In this document: one piece after another, positions 16,310 through 20,282 of the stretch | Numbering within the stretch: the stretch's first letter is position 1 | How the letters are laid out: each line of letters begins with the position of its first letter | Origin: a bacterium | Lineage (GTDB): Bacteria > Arandabacterota > Arandabacteria > Arandabacterales > JALGWA01 | Assembly (NCBI GenBank): GCA_050125095.1 | Contig: JASFEA010000046.1 | Span: 1 to 20,282 of the forward strand | DNA: 20,282 nt | Reading direction: 5' to 3' | Program-made: the position numbers and the translations under genes | The notes under the pieces: model-generated | The model's database searches: none | What the model was told of the DNA's origin: nothing | What the model saw: the letters and a program-made list of their open reading frames with translations, nothing else

Positions 16310-17062
16310 CTAGATCCCCCCTACCGGCAGCCTGACGCCGACGGAGAGGTCCACCGACTGGATGTCCGTATTGAGCTCGGACCGCACAGTCCTGCCCCCG
16401 ATCGCCGCCGTGGTCTCGGCGCTCCACGTGAAGATCCAGGTGAACTTCAGCTCGGCCAGTATGGCCAGGGATTCCCAGACCCGGTAGTCAGCGCCGATCC
16501 CGGCCGCGAGAAAGAACTGGTTGCCGTACTTGAACTCGGCCTCAACCGCCCTATCCACTCCCGGGTCTCCCTCCCGCATTGTGCCCTCGTATCGCGTCGC
16601 CACCTTGGCCCAGCCGATATCCAGTTTGAGATAGGTCGAGCCGGTCTTGAAGTCCCTGGCTACGAACCTAACCGGGAAGCTCATGAAGGTGTTGGTCCAG
16701 GACGCCTCAAGCTCCGTAATCTCGTCGACGCTTCCCGAGGTATCCGGCTTGGAGTTGATGAAGTCCTTTGCCGCCCCGGCGTCGGCGGAGTATTCGAGAT
16801 AGCCGAACCTGAAGCCGACCCAGGTCACTCCGCCAACCCTTGTTTCGACCTCGAGGTTGAAACCCAGGCCGGTCCCGGCGCCCCCGCCCCTGGCGGACCA
16901 GCCGTACGGCGCCTGGTATATGATATTGTCCTTGTCGGCGAAGGTCCCCACGGGGAATGCTCCCACGATGGCGGCGTTCAGGTTTACCTCGGCCGCGCCG
17001 GCAGCCTGCGCGAGGCAGGCTACAGAAAGTGCGAACAGAATGAGCGCATGCGATTTCCTCAT
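16310..17062 (-). CDS. Outer-membrane beta-barrel protein (small OmpA/OmpW-like barrel)
   Basis: Signal peptide ending AQAAGA; amphipathic strands GLGFNLEVE, YLKLDIGWA, FLAAGIGADYRV, LAELKFTW, and terminal LSVGVRLP. SD AAGGGAGG. Confidence 0.8.
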   Translation of the reverse strand: MRKSHALILFALSVACLAQAAGAAEVNLNAAIVGAFPVGTFADKDNIIYQAPYGWSARGGGAGTGLGFNLEVETRVGGVTWVGFRFGYLEYSADAGAAKDFINSKPDTSGSVDEITELEASWTNTFMSFPVRFVARDFKTGSTYLKLDIGWAKVATRYEGTMREGDPGVDRAVEAEFKYGNQFFLAAGIGADYRVWESLAILAELKFTWIFTWSAETTAAIGGRTVRSELNTDIQSVDLSVGVRLPVGGI

Positions 17063-17124
17063 CGATCAGCCTCCCTTATCGGCGGCCGCAGAGCCGGCCG
17101 CCTTATAATCGTCGGTTTTCATGA

Positions 17125-17153
17125 AGCCTAACACCGGGCCCGGCGGCGGTCAA
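17125..17153 (-). promoter_or_regulatory. Putative sigma70 promoter for the beta-barrel gene
   Basis: Minus strand TTGACC-N17-TAGGCT with a TGn extended -10. Confidence 0.55.
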
Positions 17154-17181
17154 TATGTGTTGATTTCGCGTAAGTTTTATC

Positions 17182-17211
17182 TTGGCTTCGGGCACAACGC
17201 TTTGCTAGAAT
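17182..17211 (+). promoter_or_regulatory. Putative sigma70 promoter for the secreted protein
   Basis: TTGGCT-N18-TAGAAT with a TGn extended -10. Confidence 0.5.
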
Positions 17212-17254
17212 AGGCGCAGCACAAGGCAATGAACCGGAAGACTAGGAGCGCAAA

Positions 17255-18112
17255 ATGAACAAGGCATTGATACTGACCCTGGCAGTAGTCCTGATCGGCG
17301 CCGCCACCGTGCAGGCGTATGAGGCAAAGCAGTACCGGCTGAGCGAGACCTTCCTGCTGGAGGCCGTGGACGAGTGTTATCTCCAGTATTATTACTACAT
17401 ACCCTGCCCGACCCAGTCCTGGTTCTGGGGATTCTACGAGTGGGAGCAGAATGACATCATCGGCCAGTTCTTCGCCGTGGGCGACACATCCACGGGCATA
17501 TATGATCCATGCGATCCTCTGGAATGCCACACCCTGGACCGTTTCCGCGTACTCGACTTCGCCGGGTACGGGTCGATTTACCCGGGGCAGTTCACGGTTG
17601 AGTTCGACGTGTGGTGCTCGGATGAGGACGGTTGCCCCGTGGGGCCGTCCCTCTGGAACAGCGGGCCCGTGGAAACCGAACACAACTGGGGCTTCATAGA
17701 TATAGAACCTAACCTCTTCCTCACGTCCTGCTGCATCGACACGCTTCTTAAAGCCACGCCCAGGATTCTGATAACCGCGAGGCACATCGGAACGGAGGCG
17801 ACTTACCCGCGCTGGGGTACGGACAACATCAGCGCGCCGTATACCGACGCCTGCGAGATGCATGACATAGGCTGTATGAACGCTCTCTATCCCAGGCCGA
17901 CGTCGAGCCATTACAGCACGATACACTCGGGCTACTACGGCATAGACTTCACTTACTGCCCTCCGCAGTGGTTCCTCGACGGCGACGACACGACCGCCGG
18001 CGGCACCGACTGGGGCTACGTGGAGTTCGCCTGGCGGCTTTACCTGCGATGCGAGGGTCCGGACGCCATAGAGCCGACGTCGTGGGGGAGCATCAAGAGC
18101 ATGTATCGCTGA
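17255..18112 (+). CDS. Secreted Cys/aromatic-rich hypothetical protein with C-terminal SWGxIKxxYR motif
   Basis: SD AGGAG; signal peptide MNKALILTLAVVLIGAATVQA; 12 Cys; acidic and Tyr/Trp-rich; ends AIEPTSWGSIKSMYR. Confidence 0.85.
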   Translation: MNKALILTLAVVLIGAATVQAYEAKQYRLSETFLLEAVDECYLQYYYYIPCPTQSWFWGFYEWEQNDIIGQFFAVGDTSTGIYDPCDPLECHTLDRFRVLDFAGYGSIYPGQFTVEFDVWCSDEDGCPVGPSLWNSGPVETEHNWGFIDIEPNLFLTSCCIDTLLKATPRILITARHIGTEATYPRWGTDNISAPYTDACEMHDIGCMNALYPRPTSSHYSTIHSGYYGIDFTYCPPQWFLDGDDTTAGGTDWGYVEFAWRLYLRCEGPDAIEPTSWGSIKSMYR

Positions 18113-18114
18113 GG

Positions 18115-19464
18115 TCAGGCGGAGTATTTCTCTATATAGGCATCCGAGTCGAACTTGGATTTCATTCCCTTGAGACTCATATATCGGACCTTCCCGAAGA
18201 CCGGTCTTTCGCCCCATGCGCGGTCGTGGACCCCGCCTATGCTCCAGGCGATTCCCGTATAGCCGCTCGGGTCCCTTCCGTCCAGCTCATACCGGTCGTT
18301 CAGATAGACCGCGAACCTCATCGCCGCCGCGGGCGATCTCGTCCATTCCAGGATCTTCTTTGCCCAGTACATTCTCATGTACCCGTGCATCTTTCCCCGC
18401 GTCACCATCTCGCGCTGGGCCGCGTTCCAGAGGCCGTCATGGGTCTGCGATGTCTCTAGCCGGCGCAGCGTGTAAACGTATTCGCGCGGGTCGCCTTCGT
18501 GCTCCGCCAGCGTCCGCCGCGCCCAGTCCGGAAAGCCGCGGACTCCGTCATAATGCGCGTTATGCAAACAGAAGTTGTCGGAGAGTTCGCGCCTTACTAC
18601 GAGCTCTTCCATGAACGCCTCTTTCGCCCGCGTCGGGGCCTTGCTCGTCTCAACCTCTATGGCGACCCGCTGCGCCGAGAGGTGGCCGAAGTGCAGGTAC
18701 GGCGAGAGGCCCGATTGGCCTTCGAGCGAGGGATCGTTCCGCTTCTCCGGGTAGTGTCTGAGCCCCCTACCTATGAAGCGCTTGAGTGCCCGCCGGGCGG
18801 CTCTCTCGCCCGGCCTGACCCACCCTACGGGCCCCACGTCGCGATCGACTTGAAGCCCCTCTCTTACCCGCCGCCAGCTCACCTCCGGGACGCTGCCCTT
18901 ATAGGCCGGGCGGCTCTTCGGAAGCGGCGGGAAGAGGTCAAGATACTCCTGCAGCGCGCGGCGGATCTTCGGCCGCAGCGTGTACGCGCCGTACTCCTGT
19001 TTTTGTGACGCCATACGGCAGGGCACGATGTTGTGCGCATCCACTTCGTACATGTCGGCATCTATGCCCGATGAGACTTTTCTCTTCCACCTGCGTTTGA
19101 CACGCAGCGGATCGAAGTCGGTGACCAGCCAGCCGGCTTCGTTCTCCCTTACGAAACGGATTATCCGGGCGGCGGGATCGCCCTTGAGAAGAAAGAACGG
19201 GATGCCCTTGCGCGCAAGCGACTGCGCGACTTCTTCGAGGCCTTTCAGCATGAAATCATAGGCTCTGAGGGTCGCTCCGAGGAAGTCGTCCACGAGGCAG
19301 AAGACAACAACCAGCGGTACGCGCTCTCTCCGGGCGATTTCGGCGGCGTAGATGAGCGCCCAGTTGTCATGGGCGCGCTGGTCCCTGCTCATCCAGTAGA
19401 CTGCAATACGCCCGCCCCGGCCCTTCTCATTCAGTACATTCACGCGTCCGGGATTCACCGGCAT
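18115..19464 (-). CDS. phrB: Deoxyribodipyrimidine photolyase, class II
   Basis: VYWMSRDQRAHDNWAL, SGLSPYLHFG, EELVVRRELSDNFC, GKMHGYMRMYWAKKILEW, NDRYELDGRDP, FGKVRYM. Confidence 0.95.
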   Translation of the reverse strand: MPVNPGRVNVLNEKGRGGRIAVYWMSRDQRAHDNWALIYAAEIARRERVPLVVVFCLVDDFLGATLRAYDFMLKGLEEVAQSLARKGIPFFLLKGDPAARIIRFVRENEAGWLVTDFDPLRVKRRWKRKVSSGIDADMYEVDAHNIVPCRMASQKQEYGAYTLRPKIRRALQEYLDLFPPLPKSRPAYKGSVPEVSWRRVREGLQVDRDVGPVGWVRPGERAARRALKRFIGRGLRHYPEKRNDPSLEGQSGLSPYLHFGHLSAQRVAIEVETSKAPTRAKEAFMEELVVRRELSDNFCLHNAHYDGVRGFPDWARRTLAEHEGDPREYVYTLRRLETSQTHDGLWNAAQREMVTRGKMHGYMRMYWAKKILEWTRSPAAAMRFAVYLNDRYELDGRDPSGYTGIAWSIGGVHDRAWGERPVFGKVRYMSLKGMKSKFDSDAYIEKYSA

Positions 19465-19531
19465 TGCCTCTGCCCTTCCTCTGCCTCTCAGCCGCTCATT
19501 TTACTTCTTACCCGCTCAACCTACCTCGCTG

Positions 19532-20281
19532 TCACAGGGCCCCGCCGAGCAGGTCCGCCAGGGCATCGTCGACACCCGGGAAACCGAACTCGAAACCGGA
19601 ATCGAGCAGCTTGCGCGGAATCACGCGCTGTCCCTCTATGAGCACCCTGCCGAACTCGCCCATTGCCATTCCCAGAGCGAACGCCGGAACGCCGACCGGG
19701 AAGGCGCGCCGTCCCAAAGCCCGCGCCAAGGCCTTCGCGAAGTCGCGGTTTCTTGCAGGACAGGGCGAGGTGCAGTTGACCGGCCCTTCGATGGCGGTTT
19801 GCTCGAGAATAAAGCGCAGCGCCTCGGCCAGGTCGATCTCATGTATATATGAAAACCACTGTTTGCCGCTTCCAAGCGAGGCCACGGGCAGGTGCTTAAA
19901 GGTCTTCAGCATCTGGGCCAGGGCCCCTCCTCTCCTGCCGAGCACGATTCCGAAGCGGCAGGGAACCACCCGCGCTCCGGCCTGCCGCGCCGAGAGAGCC
20001 GCCTCTTCCCACTCCCGCGCCACCGACGCGAGGAAGTCCGACCCGGGCGGGCTCTCCTCGTCGAGCAATTCGTCTCCGCGGAATCCGTAGTAGCCCACTG
20101 CCGACGCGTTGAGGAGCGACGTCGGCTTCCCCCTGTGACGCGCTATGGCGTCCACTACATTGCGCGTTATGCGCAGGCGGCTTTCGCGTATCTCTTTCTT
20201 TACGGCCGAAGTCCACCTGGCGAAGATGGAACGCCCCGCGAGATTTACGACGGCGTCGTGTCCGCCGGCGGCTTCCTGCCA
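19532..20281 (-). CDS. TIGR01777/YfcH-family NAD-dependent epimerase-like oxidoreductase, partial (5' end beyond the right edge)
   Basis: Frame is open to the edge: HDAVVNLAGRSIFARWT...IRESR, NASAVGYYG, FLASVAREWE, RFGIVLG, GSGKQWFSYIH, GQRVIPRKLL. Confidence 0.92.
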   Translation of the reverse strand, partial: WQEAAGGHDAVVNLAGRSIFARWTSAVKKEIRESRLRITRNVVDAIARHRGKPTSLLNASAVGYYGFRGDELLDEESPPGSDFLASVAREWEEAALSARQAGARVVPCRFGIVLGRRGGALAQMLKTFKHLPVASLGSGKQWFSYIHEIDLAEALRFILEQTAIEGPVNCTSPCPARNRDFAKALARALGRRAFPVGVPAFALGMAMGEFGRVLIEGQRVIPRKLLDSGFEFGFPGVDDALADLLGGAL

Positions 20282-20282
20282 G

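Noticed and set aside
17076-17083. Perfect sigma28 -10 box GCCGATAA upstream of the beta-barrel gene
   Set aside because: No -35 at 15-16 nt spacing, it abuts the SD, and a sigma70-like promoter lies further upstream.
17190-17205. Sigma54-like GGCAC...TTGC upstream of the secreted protein
   Set aside because: Spacing is GG-N11-GC rather than the strict N10; an extended -10 sigma70 reading fits better.
15483-18217. Long minus-strand ORFs 15483-16427 and 17177-18217
   Set aside because: They are antisense to thyX and to the secreted protein, which have clear motifs or signals.
1-20282. tRNA, rRNA, CRISPR array, IS or integrase
   Set aside because: No such pattern seen by eye. The window is almost fully coding and has no regularly spaced repeats.

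Overview
GC-rich bacterial chromosomal window with no mobile element, RNA gene or CRISPR array that I can support. The left ~14.7 kb is a co-oriented minus-strand signalling island. Read in transcription order (right to left) it holds: single-domain PilZ; CheA with an extra C-terminal CheW-like domain; an atypical chemoreceptor with a Cys-rich tail; a PilB/GspE-family ATPase with an MshEN c-di-GMP motif; a STAS anti-anti-sigma factor; csrA; flgM; a sigma54 enhancer-binding protein with a degenerate receiver; fliA (sigma28); a REC-histidine kinase; a REC-HisKA protein with no ATPase domain; a possible small ORF; and a multi-PAS/GAF sensor that runs off the left edge. The non-coding DNA suggests a regulatory cascade. 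There is a sigma70-like promoter before the enhancer-binding protein, a -24/-12 sigma54 promoter with two IHF-like sites before fliA, and four sigma28-like promoters with the same T(A/T)(A/C)A-N16-GCCGA(T/A)A(A/G/T) geometry (before cheA, before STAS-csrA-flgM, before the PAS sensor, and one inside the enhancer-binding gene pointing at fliA). The regulatory core of a flagellar hierarchy is therefore present. The window has no flagellar structural genes, fliW, stand-alone cheW/cheY, cheR or cheB, and the only machinery gene is a pilus/secretion ATPase. The right ~5.5 kb holds a Cys-less thioredoxin-fold/TPR exported protein, thyX, an outer-membrane beta-barrel, a Cys-rich secreted protein ending in SWGxIKxxYR, a class II CPD photolyase and a partial TIGR01777-type oxidoreductase. 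All calls come from reading motifs by eye; no database search was run.
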